Shown here piece by piece: positions 40,525-50,337 of a stretch of DNA of 64,000 nt. Origin of the DNA: Escherichia phage vB_EcoM-fFiEco06; the sequence record NC_054914.1, one strand, 5' to 3'. Position 1 is the stretch's first letter; every line of letters begins with the position of its first letter. The position numbers were made by a program, and so were the translations under genes. Below the pieces are notes generated by a model. The model made no database searches. It was not told where the DNA came from and was given only the letters and a program-made list of their open reading frames with translations.

Positions 40525-40848
40525 TTAGTCTTCTATGATATCTCTATCATATCCAAGTGAAATGAGAGTTTCTTTGAAATGTTTAATGTTCTTTTGTCTA
40601 GAATCATTAATGAAAATGACTGGATAACGAATGTTAAGAGATGTGAATCCAGCGCGTTTAGCAAGAGATACAATCAGTGGACGATCATACTCAATCTTAC
40701 CGTTATTTGTAAGAACTTTATAGAAAGTAAAAGGAGCATTGAGCTCCTTTAGAAGTTTTGTAACTGATTGACATCCAGGACAACGACCTACTTCTTCGGG
40801 GATGCCATAGATTTCAATCTTATTCTTTAAGTTCGAGTTTTGTTCCAC
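40525..40848 (-). CDS. nrdH: NrdH-like glutaredoxin
   Basis: CPGC active-site motif; no in-frame ATG near the domain start, possible GTG at 40846-40848; N-terminal 50 codons of the track ORF overlap the upstream gene. Confidence 0.55.
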   Translation of the reverse strand: MEQNSNLKNKIEIYGIPEEVGRCPGCQSVTKLLKELNAPFTFYKVLTNNGKIEYDRPLIVSLAKRAGFTSLNIRYPVIFINDSRQKNIKHFKETLISLGYDRDIIED

Positions 40849-41131
40849 GAGAAATAATTCCTTGATAAGCCCAGTATGGCGGGTTAACAGAATCCTCACC
40901 AGAGTTTTCTTCAGGAAAATAAACCTGGATAACAAATCCAGATGCATCAAAGGTAAAATAAACCGTAGGCAGTTCACCTAACAATTCGGCACGAGCATTA
41001 ATTTCTTCGAGATCTCGTTCACGTCCAGCCCAAAAACTAGGATTTAGACTACATTCGTAAAAATAATAGTCATTACCGAACATATCAAAACCCTTCCAAC
41101 TCTCTACCACATACCGCTCAAAACTAATCAT
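40820..41131 (-). CDS. hypothetical protein
   Basis: 103 aa ORF. Confidence 0.5.
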   Translation of the reverse strand: MISFERYVVESWKGFDMFGNDYYFYECSLNPSFWAGRERDLEEINARAELLGELPTVYFTFDASGFVIQVYFPEENSGEDSVNPPYWAYQGIISRGTKLELKE

Positions 41132-41133
41132 AA

Positions 41134-41349
41134 TTAAGCCTTTTTATCAAGAACAGAATTCAGCTTGTTAGTAATTTTATCCAGACGCTCATTGAACTCG
41201 CTAGAAGATAAACCCTTTTCTGGAGAAATCAAACTAATCACGAAAAATATAGCAATAAAAGGAATAAGGAAAATAGCTCCAACTGCCATAAACAGAAAGA
41301 ATGTTACAGTTGTAAGAAAATCAGCTAAACCTTTACGAAATTTATACAT
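41134..41349 (-). CDS. small membrane protein
   Basis: 71 aa with one long hydrophobic segment. Confidence 0.5.
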   Translation of the reverse strand: MYKFRKGLADFLTTVTFFLFMAVGAIFLIPFIAIFFVISLISPEKGLSSSEFNERLDKITNKLNSVLDKKA

Positions 41350-41464
41350 ATTTTACCCTTAATTGATTAACCAAGCATTGATAAGCACTAAACTATACTG
41401 CGAATAAAATTCTGGACCAAAATGAAAAATCATATCATTTATAGTATCCATAATGTAATTCAAT

Positions 41465-41935
41465 TTAATCATGTGTCCACACCCCATCGGTATTTGACCA
41501 AAGCCGCTGATTATCTGATCCTCTCCACAGCTTTTTGGTCGGAAGATTTTTCTCATACTTCCCATCAATAATAACATCAACATATTTAAGCATTTCTAGT
41601 TGTTTAATATCTTCAAACTTATATCCTGTCCACAACCAAATGCTTTTATTTGGATAAAGATTTTTTACTGTTTGAACAATGCAATGAATAACATCTCGAT
41701 TATCAGGATAGAGAGGGTCTCCTCCAGTTATAGTTAATCCTTCTATATAATCATTATTCAAACATTCAATTAATTGTTCTAGTGTTTCACCAGTGAATGG
41801 AATACCATTTCTAGCATTCCATGTTGATTTATTATAACACCCTTCGCATTTATGCAAACAACCTGTAACGAAAAGAACGACCCTGCAACCAGGGCCATTC
41901 ACAAAATCGCAAGGATAAAATCTATCATAATTCAT
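41465..41935 (-). CDS. nrdG: anaerobic ribonucleotide reductase activating protein (radical SAM)
   Basis: 156 aa; CxxxCxxC cluster in GCLHKCEGCYN. Confidence 0.85.
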   Translation of the reverse strand: MNYDRFYPCDFVNGPGCRVVLFVTGCLHKCEGCYNKSTWNARNGIPFTGETLEQLIECLNNDYIEGLTITGGDPLYPDNRDVIHCIVQTVKNLYPNKSIWLWTGYKFEDIKQLEMLKYVDVIIDGKYEKNLPTKKLWRGSDNQRLWSNTDGVWTHD

Positions 41936-43749
41936 TGATGCTTAACCCTATGCATGATTTCTTTATTTTTGCCGAGATTAAATCCGCGTTCGTTCGGATT
42001 TCCCAAATAACCACATGTTCTTCTTATTGTATTCATCTTTTTAGGATCAGTTTCTCCACAAATAGAACAAACAAATCCGTTTTCAGTAGGAGTCATTTCA
42101 TGGGTACTTCTGCATGTAAAACATTTATCCACTGGCATATTAACACCAAAATAATCTAAATGTTGTGCAGCATAATCCCATACGGCCTCAAGACCTTTCA
42201 AGTTATTTTTCATATCAGGAAGTTCAACATAAGAAATGTGACCACCTGTCGCAATGAAATGATATGGCGCTTCACGAGAAATCTTTTCAAACGGAGTAAT
42301 ATTTTCTTCTACTGAGACATGGAAACTGTTAGTGTACCAGCCTTTATCGGTAACATCTTTTACGCTTCCATATTTTTCTGTATCGAGTTTACAGAAGCGA
42401 TAACAAAGGTTTTCAGCAGGAGTCGAATATAAACTAAAAGCAAATCCGGTTCTTTCAGTCCACTGTTTAAGATGAGCATTCATTTTAGTTAAAATTTCTC
42501 GTCCAATATCACGACCGACAAGAATATTCAATTCGTGAATACCAATGTATCCTAAAGACACTGAACTTCTACCGTTTTTAAATAACTCAATTATATCGTC
42601 ATCAGGTTTAAGACGAACCCCAAATGCACCTTCTTGGTAAAGAATAGGAGCAACAGTAGCTTTAACTCCTTTTAAGGAACTAATTCTACACATCAAAGCT
42701 TCAAAACATAAATCCATTCGTTCATTGAACAATTCAACAAATTTCTGTTCATTGAACTGTGTTCCAATATAAGAATCTAACGCGATGCGAGGAAGATTCA
42801 GTGTTACAACACCAAGATTATTACGTCCATCAAGAATTTCATTACCAGTCGAATCTTTCCATACGCCCAAGAAACTACGGCAACCCATTGGAGAAACAGG
42901 AACAGATGAACCAGTGATAGCTTTATTGTTCTTAGCTGAAATAATATCAGGATACATCCTTTTGCTTGCACACTCTAGAGCAAGCTGCTTAATATCATAG
43001 TTCGGATCGTCTTTATAAAGATTAACACCTTCTTCAACGAACATAACAAGCTTAGGGAAAATAGGAGTTATTCCATCACGACCAAGACCTTTAATACGAT
43101 TTTTCAGAATTGCTTTCTGAATCATTCGTTCAGTCCAGTCAGTTCCTGTACCAAATGTAATTGTTACAAAAGGTGTTTGTCCGTTTGAACTAAAGAGAGT
43201 ATTTACTTCATATTCATAAGCTTGGAATGCATCGTATACATCTTTTTCTGTTTTAGATTGAGCATAATTCAACGCATCAGCGATTTGCCATTTTTCTGCA
43301 TCCTCAATATGTTTTGCATAGGTGCGTTTAACATAAGGAGAAAGTACTTTATCGACATTAGCAAATGTAGTTCCGCCATATTGGTGAGAAGCAACCTGTG
43401 CAGTAATTTGTGCCATAATTGCAGTAGCAACACCGATTGATTTAGGAGTTTCAATCTGTGCATTACCAAGCTTAAATCCGTTCTCAAGCATTCCTTTTAA
43501 ATCTACTAAACAACAATTAGTAAATGGAAGAGCAGGGGAATAATCAATATCGTGGAAATGGATAATTCCGCTTTCATGCGCTTTCATAATAAAAGACGGG
43601 ACCATATTTTTGGCAATGTGTTTAGACACAATACCAGCCATAAGGTCCCGTTGAGTTGGAAAAACACGAGAATCTTTATTAGCATTCTCGTTTAAAAGGT
43701 CTTTATTAGTTTTATGAATCAATCCTTCAATTTCTTTTTCAATTGTCAT
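41932..43749 (-). CDS. nrdD: anaerobic ribonucleoside-triphosphate reductase, uninterrupted
   Basis: 605 aa; C-terminal glycyl radical motif RTCGYLG and CxxC zinc site; single continuous ORF. Confidence 0.9.
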   Translation of the reverse strand: MTIEKEIEGLIHKTNKDLLNENANKDSRVFPTQRDLMAGIVSKHIAKNMVPSFIMKAHESGIIHFHDIDYSPALPFTNCCLVDLKGMLENGFKLGNAQIETPKSIGVATAIMAQITAQVASHQYGGTTFANVDKVLSPYVKRTYAKHIEDAEKWQIADALNYAQSKTEKDVYDAFQAYEYEVNTLFSSNGQTPFVTITFGTGTDWTERMIQKAILKNRIKGLGRDGITPIFPKLVMFVEEGVNLYKDDPNYDIKQLALECASKRMYPDIISAKNNKAITGSSVPVSPMGCRSFLGVWKDSTGNEILDGRNNLGVVTLNLPRIALDSYIGTQFNEQKFVELFNERMDLCFEALMCRISSLKGVKATVAPILYQEGAFGVRLKPDDDIIELFKNGRSSVSLGYIGIHELNILVGRDIGREILTKMNAHLKQWTERTGFAFSLYSTPAENLCYRFCKLDTEKYGSVKDVTDKGWYTNSFHVSVEENITPFEKISREAPYHFIATGGHISYVELPDMKNNLKGLEAVWDYAAQHLDYFGVNMPVDKCFTCRSTHEMTPTENGFVCSICGETDPKKMNTIRRTCGYLGNPNERGFNLGKNKEIMHRVKHQ

Positions 43750-44219
43750 TTTAAACTCTTTCTAAGCTGCTTCTTAAATGAAGCTATTAACTGTGTTTTG
43801 GTGTCAGATTCATTATATTCAAATCCTCTTTGAAGCATCTCGGCCATCATTTCCTCTTTTCCTAAACGAGAAAATTCCTTTGATTTATCTCCAACAAAGT
43901 TAGGGTGAATATTATTTTGGGTGTAATCGGATTTTAAATAAGTAAGTAAATTTTCTAACCATTCAAGATAATCAACACCTTGTCCCTTTAAGCCAGAACG
44001 ATTAAATTTATGCTTCATTTGACCTTCTGCAGCATTGCAGAGATTACAAAGCAATCCACGTATCTTTCCTGCTTTTGGTCCATTTAATTCATGGTCATGG
44101 TCGAGGTGATTAGCTTGAACATCAGGATTTAGTTCTCGTTGGCAAATTAAGCATTTACCGTTTTGTGCATTATAAAATTTTTGTTTTTCTTCTTTGTATA
44201 ATTTGCCAGTCAATAACAT
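43746..44219 (-). CDS. 49: endonuclease VII (Holliday junction resolvase)
   Basis: 157 aa; recalled as T4 gp49. Confidence 0.9.
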   Translation of the reverse strand: MLLTGKLYKEEKQKFYNAQNGKCLICQRELNPDVQANHLDHDHELNGPKAGKIRGLLCNLCNAAEGQMKHKFNRSGLKGQGVDYLEWLENLLTYLKSDYTQNNIHPNFVGDKSKEFSRLGKEEMMAEMLQRGFEYNESDTKTQLIASFKKQLRKSLK

Positions 44220-44260
44220 AATAAAACCCTTACCTTAAATAGATAAGGGTATTTATTATT

Positions 44261-44306
44261 TTTAAGTATTGTAAAACATTCGATGCAATCGTTTATACTG
44301 TCGAAT
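44261..44306. repeat. direct repeat copy A (about 45 bp)
   Basis: aagtattgtaaaacattcgatgcaatcgtttatactgtcgaatc; 4 mismatches to copy B at 44476..44521. Confidence 0.8.
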
Positions 44307-44438
44307 CATCTTTTTAGTAGGACGAGAATAGGTTCCTACGCAAGTGGTCATATGAGGGTCCGTAGAATGTCCTTTAATAAAAAGTTTCCAAACCTTACCG
44401 CCATTTAACTTTTCAGTATAAACCAATTCGGTTTTCAT
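44262..44438 (-). CDS. small ORF sharing its C-terminal 14 residues with the pin-like protein
   Basis: 58 aa ORF not in track; ends IRQYKRLHRMFYNT, encoded by repeat copy A. Confidence 0.4.
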   Translation of the reverse strand: MKTELVYTEKLNGGKVWKLFIKGHSTDPHMTTCVGTYSRPTKKMIRQYKRLHRMFYNT

Positions 44439-44474
44439 TAAAATGTCCTGTCAGAAAAAGAATTTTGAGTTTTT

Positions 44475-44960
44475 TCAAGTATTGTAAAACATTTGATGCA
44501 ATCGCTTATATTGCCGAATCTTTTGGTCAGAAAAAGAAATTTGAGTTTCAAGCCATTCAATGTACTCTGCGGCAGCTTGCATCAGGTTACCTTCATAGCC
44601 ATCGTTATTTTCTTGCGCAGCTAATTTAGCTAATGCGTATGAAATACGTTCACCTTGAAAAGCGGCTTTAGGCTTCTGAACATCTTGGCTAGTTCTCTCT
44701 ACAACTTCTTCAATTTCGCCATTTTCAACGGATTCAGTATTCCACAAACACCAGTATGTAATTGGCTTATCATAGATGTTAATAATCTTTCCGTCGGAAA
44801 GTTCAATTTCAATAATTCCAGTATCAGGTTCTATATCATCTTCGCATTCTTTTGCAAGTTCACGAACTTTAAAGACAGTACCTGCACTAAGTTCCGGCCA
44901 GTAATTACATAGCCCTGTATCAACACGATTAATTCTAAACCACTTATCTACTGTAATCAT
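44475..44960 (-). CDS. pin: Pin-like protein (candidate protease inhibitor)
   Basis: ATG at 44960 gives 161 aa; track start 44978 is TTG; symbol by size and position after gene 49. Confidence 0.5.
   Translation of the reverse strand: MITVDKWFRINRVDTGLCNYWPELSAGTVFKVRELAKECEDDIEPDTGIIEIELSDGKIINIYDKPITYWCLWNTESVENGEIEEVVERTSQDVQKPKAAFQGERISYALAKLAAQENNDGYEGNLMQAAAEYIEWLETQISFSDQKIRQYKRLHQMFYNT
44476..44521. repeat. direct repeat copy B
   Basis: aagtattgtaaaacatttgatgcaatcgcttatattgccgaatc; encodes C-terminus of the pin-like ORF. Confidence 0.8.
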
Positions 44961-45111
44961 GTCCCATCTCCATATCAATTAAGTCATTTATCGTTGGTTC
45001 ATTATATACTGTTTCTTCATCAGTGTAAACCGGTTCTTCCGGCTCTGGCTCTACAGTTTCCCATCTAGCCGCCCACCAAGGTTTAACCCCGAAGCTTATT
45101 AAGTTCTTCAT
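44944..45111 (-). CDS. small acidic hypothetical protein
   Basis: 55 aa ORF not in track; overlaps neighbours. Confidence 0.3.
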   Translation of the reverse strand: MKNLISFGVKPWWAARWETVEPEPEEPVYTDEETVYNEPTINDLIDMEMGHDYSR

Positions 45112-45253
45112 AATCAATCCAGGATTCTAATCCTGATGGCAAATCAGATTCAATTTCCCAAAGAAGCTCTTCAATTTTCTGAAGACGATCTAGTTCTTCG
45201 GCTGGAATAGTAACCATTGACGGAGCTCGTGATACATTAATATCGTAAATCAT
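45083..45253 (-). CDS. small acidic hypothetical protein
   Basis: 56 aa ORF not in track; start 2 nt after upstream stop. Confidence 0.35.
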   Translation of the reverse strand: MIYDINVSRAPSMVTIPAEELDRLQKIEELLWEIESDLPSGLESWIDYEELNKLRG

Positions 45254-45255
45254 AT

Positions 45256-45471
45256 TTACCCCAATTTAACCATACAATCGCCGTATTTCCACTTAGAAAT
45301 AGACTTTTCACCATTAGAATAATAAACTTCGAGTTTAGCACGATTATTTTTAATTTGAATAACCTTGGCTGTCATCAAAGTTCCATACCCATAATAAACT
45401 GCAACTTCATCACCTACATATACCGCGCTTCCGCGGTAATCATGAATATAGTCAGTTCCTTCAAGCATCAT
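45256..45471 (-). CDS. hypothetical protein
   Basis: 71 aa ORF; ATGA overlap with nrdC. Confidence 0.5.
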   Translation of the reverse strand: MMLEGTDYIHDYRGSAVYVGDEVAVYYGYGTLMTAKVIQIKNNRAKLEVYYSNGEKSISKWKYGDCMVKLG

Positions 45472-45731
45472 TTAAAATATTCTCGCAGTTGGTCAAATCC
45501 ACCAATATGACTTCCATCAGGAGCAAATACCTGGGGCATTGTCAAGCCGATTTGAGTATCACGACCTAGTTTAGTCAGAAGCTCAGCAATTTTCTCATCA
45601 TCAAAAACACCTTTTTCCGGCATAATGTTGATAAATTCAAACGGCTGTTTCTTCACGGTCAAAAGACGTTTTGCATTATCGCAATACACACATTTATGAA
45701 TGTTGCTATCATAACCATATACTTTAAACAT
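45468..45731 (-). CDS. nrdC: thioredoxin/glutaredoxin
   Basis: 87 aa; active site CVYC; recalled as T4 thioredoxin. Confidence 0.85.
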   Translation of the reverse strand: MFKVYGYDSNIHKCVYCDNAKRLLTVKKQPFEFINIMPEKGVFDDEKIAELLTKLGRDTQIGLTMPQVFAPDGSHIGGFDQLREYFK

Positions 45732-45732
45732 A

Positions 45733-45975
45733 TTATTCCTTAATTCCTAGTACTTGTTTAAAAGTCTCGTCGTAATCAAGACTTTGGCCCGTTTGTTCTT
45801 TATGTTTGTATATAATATCACTTACTTCTGATAGCATATTTTTATATGAACGAGTTAAAGCAGATTTAAGCACGCTGTATCTATCAGGAAATTTACCATG
45901 TTCATTATAATAAGCTATTGCTAATTCACGGACTGCCTTTTCAGCAGCCTCCATATATTCTTTACGCTTGGTCAT
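45733..45975 (-). CDS. hypothetical protein
   Basis: 80 aa ORF. Confidence 0.5.
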   Translation of the reverse strand: MTKRKEYMEAAEKAVRELAIAYYNEHGKFPDRYSVLKSALTRSYKNMLSEVSDIIYKHKEQTGQSLDYDETFKQVLGIKE

Positions 45976-45977
45976 TT

Positions 45978-46367
45978 TTAATCCAAAATATTATTAGGCA
46001 TTGGTTGAACACTCACAAGTTCTTTAAAGAACTCAGTAGAGTCAGGCAATTTAACCATTTCCGGAGCATGCTTACTGAATTTATGTTTACATTGACGGCA
46101 TTTATATTCAAGCTCTGGTTTACGCCAGTTAATCAATTGAACTTGTTCAGTTCCACATTCAGGGCAATTAGGAACGTTTTTAGAAGCCCTTTCACGTCGT
46201 TCAACCATAGCCATAATAGCATCCCATGCTGGAGGTTTAAAATCTAAATCGTCGCAGCCGTGAATCTTTCCACGCATTTCCATATCATCTTCCTCACCAG
46301 CCATAATAATTTTAATTAAACTGGAATTACTTGAAGCTGCAATGTCTTCTAATAGACGCTTTTTCAT
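45978..46367 (-). CDS. hypothetical protein with zinc-ribbon motif
   Basis: 129 aa; CPECG ... CRQC. Confidence 0.55.
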   Translation of the reverse strand: MKKRLLEDIAASSNSSLIKIIMAGEEDDMEMRGKIHGCDDLDFKPPAWDAIMAMVERRERASKNVPNCPECGTEQVQLINWRKPELEYKCRQCKHKFSKHAPEMVKLPDSTEFFKELVSVQPMPNNILD

Positions 46368-47293
46368 TTCAATACCTCAATAGCATTACGTAAACCATTT
46401 GCTTTTGCATTAAGAGCTTTTAACAATTTGGTGTGTTCTGCAATTTGGGCTTCAACTTCAATCAAACGAGCATTGAGATATTCGCGTTCTTCACTCAGAT
46501 TATCAGCCTTTTCTGCTTTAGGTTCTTTTACAACTTGCTTATATGTATTAGGGTTCTTCAGTTTAATTAGAATGCGTGAACTGTACAGCATTGAATCATT
46601 ATCTTCGGTTTCGTCATACATTTCCACTACGTCCATCATCTCCACCATCGTGCAGAGTTTATAAGACAACGAACGAATAATTTTGTTGTGCTTATTAATT
46701 TCTCTAGCTGTCATGGTGCCGAGATTACGTGAGTAATAATAAGGAACCTGGATATTAATTAATACTGATGAACCACCTGGCTTGTGTGTTACTTCATCAG
46801 CAATAACCCAATCCTTAACATGAACTGTATTTGTACGGTCATCGCCCGCGGTAAATAGTTTACGAGCATGCTTAAAAAGCATATTCACTTGGTCATTGAA
46901 TTGACAAGCGAATTTATCAGCAAATTTAGTTTCGGGAATGGTAGATAACCAATCAGCCAAATGGGTCTTTTTAACATCGTTAACAATAGTAAATTCAACC
47001 AAATCGGTTATAGATGTCGCAGTTTTAATGAATCTCGGCTTCATAAAGTTTTTAATGTTATCGCGAGCTACAGTAGAAGATAACATACGAGAACGTTTAA
47101 ACCATTCAAGTAAATTGCCTAACGAATGAGAATAAGCGTTCTGAGTATCTTTACAGATATGATTTTCCTGGCCAACATACTGAAGGAAATCACGAAGAAT
47201 ATTATTGATTACTGCTCTGTGTCCTATCTGATAATCACGATGTTTAGTAATAAGACTGTCAAAATAATCAATATAATGTTTACGAGTTTTCAT
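46364..47293 (-). CDS. hypothetical protein with C-terminal coiled coil (paralog family member)
   Basis: 309 aa; C-terminal heptad-like region. Confidence 0.6.
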   Translation of the reverse strand: MKTRKHYIDYFDSLITKHRDYQIGHRAVINNILRDFLQYVGQENHICKDTQNAYSHSLGNLLEWFKRSRMLSSTVARDNIKNFMKPRFIKTATSITDLVEFTIVNDVKKTHLADWLSTIPETKFADKFACQFNDQVNMLFKHARKLFTAGDDRTNTVHVKDWVIADEVTHKPGGSSVLINIQVPYYYSRNLGTMTAREINKHNKIIRSLSYKLCTMVEMMDVVEMYDETEDNDSMLYSSRILIKLKNPNTYKQVVKEPKAEKADNLSEEREYLNARLIEVEAQIAEHTKLLKALNAKANGLRNAIEVLK

Positions 47294-47347
47294 GTTCTTC
47301 TCACTTGGTTAATGGTTTATACTCCGAGCCATCCTTGGCTTTAAATT

Positions 47348-48379
47348 TTACTTAATTAACTGTAAAGCTTGTTCAAGACGATCCAGGCGATTAACAGATT
47401 CTTCCCAAATCCTTTTAGCCTGCTCATATTCTTTCTGTGCTTTATTAGAAATTTCTAGAACTTCTTTATAAGCTTTTTCTAATGCAATAACTTCTGGACG
47501 AATTTCTACCGATTCAGGTGAATCATCAAGATTATCCATTAGTTCCTCAAGGGTAGTTTCTTCTTTAGGGGTATTCACAATTTCTTCACATTTTTGTTGA
47601 TAAATTTCTTTATTAGTAGGTGAGTACGCGCACTTTACTTCACGAAGACTAACTACAATTTTATATCCTTCCCAACCGCATATATTCTTAAAAGGATAAG
47701 TATGAATATTTTCTACCGTTTCCATACAAAGTAATGCAGTCTCTAACTGACGAGTTGTATCACTAGCAATTGAGAAAAATTTATTAATGTTCTTTTGATT
47801 AGCTTCTGGTGTAAAAAATTCATAATTCACAAAAATAGCTGCTTTATTTTTATCAAGTTCATATTCTTTTATGATAATCATATCAGAAGCCAAAGGATGA
47901 ATTTGACGATAATCGCCATAACATAATTTAGAAGCTGATTTTAGAATTTGCTTCTTGAAAAGTCTAAAATTACTAATCCAACGACGAGTAAAAATATTCT
48001 CAGGGTCTTCTTTATTATTAAGATGATAAGAATTAACATCACCGAACCAACTGTATCCTACTACATCTTTGGTTCGTTTAATTTCTTTCCCAAAATTACT
48101 AAGAATATCTTGATTAACTAAATATGAAAGAAGACGAGACCCTTTAAAGGTTTCCTTAATATCATCTTTATCTACACGACTAGAAATTTTATGAACTTCA
48201 TGAATAAATTTGCTGGAAGAAACAATACTTGCATCAGTATTGTTGAGCCACTGATTGATAATAGAAAGAACACTATTCTGACTAGACATAGGTTTAACTT
48301 TATCATCAATAACGCTATTGAATGATTTGATATATTCGTTACGAGTCATATTAATCTCCTCAGTAGAAAGTAAGAACAT
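47348..48379 (-). CDS. hypothetical protein with C-terminal coiled coil (paralog family member)
   Basis: 343 aa; RRWISNFRLFKKQILKSASKL aligns with the next ORF. Confidence 0.6.
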   Translation of the reverse strand: MFLLSTEEINMTRNEYIKSFNSVIDDKVKPMSSQNSVLSIINQWLNNTDASIVSSSKFIHEVHKISSRVDKDDIKETFKGSRLLSYLVNQDILSNFGKEIKRTKDVVGYSWFGDVNSYHLNNKEDPENIFTRRWISNFRLFKKQILKSASKLCYGDYRQIHPLASDMIIIKEYELDKNKAAIFVNYEFFTPEANQKNINKFFSIASDTTRQLETALLCMETVENIHTYPFKNICGWEGYKIVVSLREVKCAYSPTNKEIYQQKCEEIVNTPKEETTLEELMDNLDDSPESVEIRPEVIALEKAYKEVLEISNKAQKEYEQAKRIWEESVNRLDRLEQALQLIK

Positions 48380-48407
48380 TATACCACATCCTTGTGGTAA
48401 AGTAAAC
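48378..48407 (-). promoter_or_regulatory. early promoter, near-identical to the rIIA.1 promoter
   Basis: GTTTAC-N18-TATAAT; ttataccacatccttgtggtaaagtaaacta shared with 2431..2460. Confidence 0.6.
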
Positions 48408-49426
48408 TAGTTCAGCGCATTTAGTGCATTGTTCAATTTAGAACGTTGCTTCGTGAGATTTTTGACTTTTTCTTGAGCTTTTTCTAGCATCTTTTCAGCT
48501 TCTAGCACTTCATTAGTTGCTTTAACGAGTTCATCATCTACTGCCTTGATAGACTTCTCAATCGCATCCGCGTGCCATTTTTCAACAGGTTTAAGACTCG
48601 GATTTTCAATAGGAAGAAAATTCACTTTATTGAATTTCCATGCATCTTTATTACCTGAGCTATACATCCAAAATTTAGGATCGTTTGATGAGCAATTAGA
48701 TAAATTTAAGTTATCTTGCACTTCCTGCTTTTTCTCTTGCGGGACTTCATCCTTTCTCAAAAAATCGTATTTAAATGAAACGATCATATCAAGTTCATAC
48801 GTTGTTGTATGTTCCCAATTTCGCTCAAAATGAGGTAAAATCTTAGACTGAACAGCGGCAACAACATCCATATACTTAAATGCTTCTGTCAACTGTGATT
48901 TAAGGCATTCACAAATTGAAAGAGAATTTTTTGTATTAGGTTTAAAGCTAATTCGTGCAGTTCTATTATTTTCTTTTAATGGTCTTACTTCCATCTGAAG
49001 AGTATAACCATCAAATTTCAGGTTCTTTAAGTTAATGTCAGAACCTTTTAATCGACTAGCCGTCGACAAAATTTGCTTTAATTGTTTACGGAATAGAGCA
49101 ATAAATCTCCATTCAAGACGGTAATGATTTGGATTAAAAAATCCTGTTGATAAATCAACCTTACTCTGACCAACGCCTTGAACAAATAGAGGATTTTTAT
49201 AATCAATAGTTTTACAGAAATCGGTGAGCTGTTCGCGAGCAGTCATTTGCGTAATATATCCAGCTTTATCAAAATGTCGCAGCCATTCACTGCTATTCAT
49301 ATACTTAAAGTGAATGGAACTATTAACTCTATCAGGGTCTAAATTATTTTGGCACAAAAATGTCATAACATCACGAGTATAACTGGCATTACGAACCATA
49401 TCTTCAATTTGAGAACGAGTTTTCAT
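48407..49426 (-). CDS. hypothetical protein with C-terminal coiled coil (paralog family member)
   Basis: 339 aa; RLEWRFIALFRKQLKQILSTASRL. Confidence 0.6.
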   Translation of the reverse strand: MKTRSQIEDMVRNASYTRDVMTFLCQNNLDPDRVNSSIHFKYMNSSEWLRHFDKAGYITQMTAREQLTDFCKTIDYKNPLFVQGVGQSKVDLSTGFFNPNHYRLEWRFIALFRKQLKQILSTASRLKGSDINLKNLKFDGYTLQMEVRPLKENNRTARISFKPNTKNSLSICECLKSQLTEAFKYMDVVAAVQSKILPHFERNWEHTTTYELDMIVSFKYDFLRKDEVPQEKKQEVQDNLNLSNCSSNDPKFWMYSSGNKDAWKFNKVNFLPIENPSLKPVEKWHADAIEKSIKAVDDELVKATNEVLEAEKMLEKAQEKVKNLTKQRSKLNNALNALN

Positions 49427-49434
49427 GGTGTTCC

Positions 49435-50337
49435 TTAAAATTTAAGTAAATCAACGATTTTAATTAATTTTTCACGCTCAGATTTAGCTTTACTACTCAA
49501 TCCAGATAGTCTGAAAATTTCATCATCATATTGCTGAATAGAAATATTTAGCTCTTCAATCTGCTTATTAAAATAAGCAATTTGTTCAGAATGTTTTTCA
49601 TTACTGCGAACTGGTACAGGTTTTGTAGGTAATTTAGATGAACTGGATTCATTCGGGCGATAAATTAAAATACAACTTGAACCAATCGGACATTTAGCAC
49701 CAGATGAATATTCTAATGTTCCAGCTTCTTTTAAAACTTCAAAAGCTAAACAGAGATGATGCCCCATATTGACATAATCTGTAGAGTGAGCTCTGATGTA
49801 ATAATCATCTCCACGAGTACTAAATTTAAAGCATTTAAGGTCTTCTGTATTATTGGTCTTAAAAATCATTTGTTTATCTAGACCTTTAGCTAATCGAGCG
49901 CCTAATGCTAATAATCGTCGTTGATTTTCCCACAAATCCACAATCATTTGGTCAAATGATAATTTCGGCATTAGTCGACCATAAAGGTCATATCCTTTAT
50001 TATAATTGCGAAGGATTTCACTCGCATTAATACGAGACAACGCTCCAATTTTATTAAGGGCTTTCATGATGCGATTAGATAAACCCATTCCAGATCCGTT
50101 TGTTCGTTGCAAATGTTTATCTAATCCAAACCCAATATCAACTTTAAATTTATCTAAAATTTCAGCATGAACATCTCTGTCAATAACATTCAAATCCAAA
50201 GTTGGGTTAAATCTATGAAAAAATTTATCTGGCTCTCCACGACGAAGTACAGTCCATTCATTTAATTTTTTATTAACTAAAGATTTAATTACTGCATTGA
50301 CATTATTAATTACTACTGACATATTTTTCTCACTCAA
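49435..50337 (-). CDS. hypothetical protein with C-terminal coiled coil (paralog family member)
   Basis: 300 aa; LWENQRRLLALGARLAKGL. Confidence 0.6.
   Translation of the reverse strand: MSEKNMSVVINNVNAVIKSLVNKKLNEWTVLRRGEPDKFFHRFNPTLDLNVIDRDVHAEILDKFKVDIGFGLDKHLQRTNGSGMGLSNRIMKALNKIGALSRINASEILRNYNKGYDLYGRLMPKLSFDQMIVDLWENQRRLLALGARLAKGLDKQMIFKTNNTEDLKCFKFSTRGDDYYIRAHSTDYVNMGHHLCLAFEVLKEAGTLEYSSGAKCPIGSSCILIYRPNESSSSKLPTKPVPVRSNEKHSEQIAYFNKQIEELNISIQQYDDEIFRLSGLSSKAKSEREKLIKIVDLLKF

Noticed and set aside
40498-40525. Apparent hairpin ggaccc-agag-gggccc
   Set aside because: Arms are not actually complementary when written out; only a 3-bp stem is possible.
41359-41583. 74-aa ORF overlapping the 3' end of nrdG
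   Set aside because: Alternative frame within nrdG and no independent start signals.
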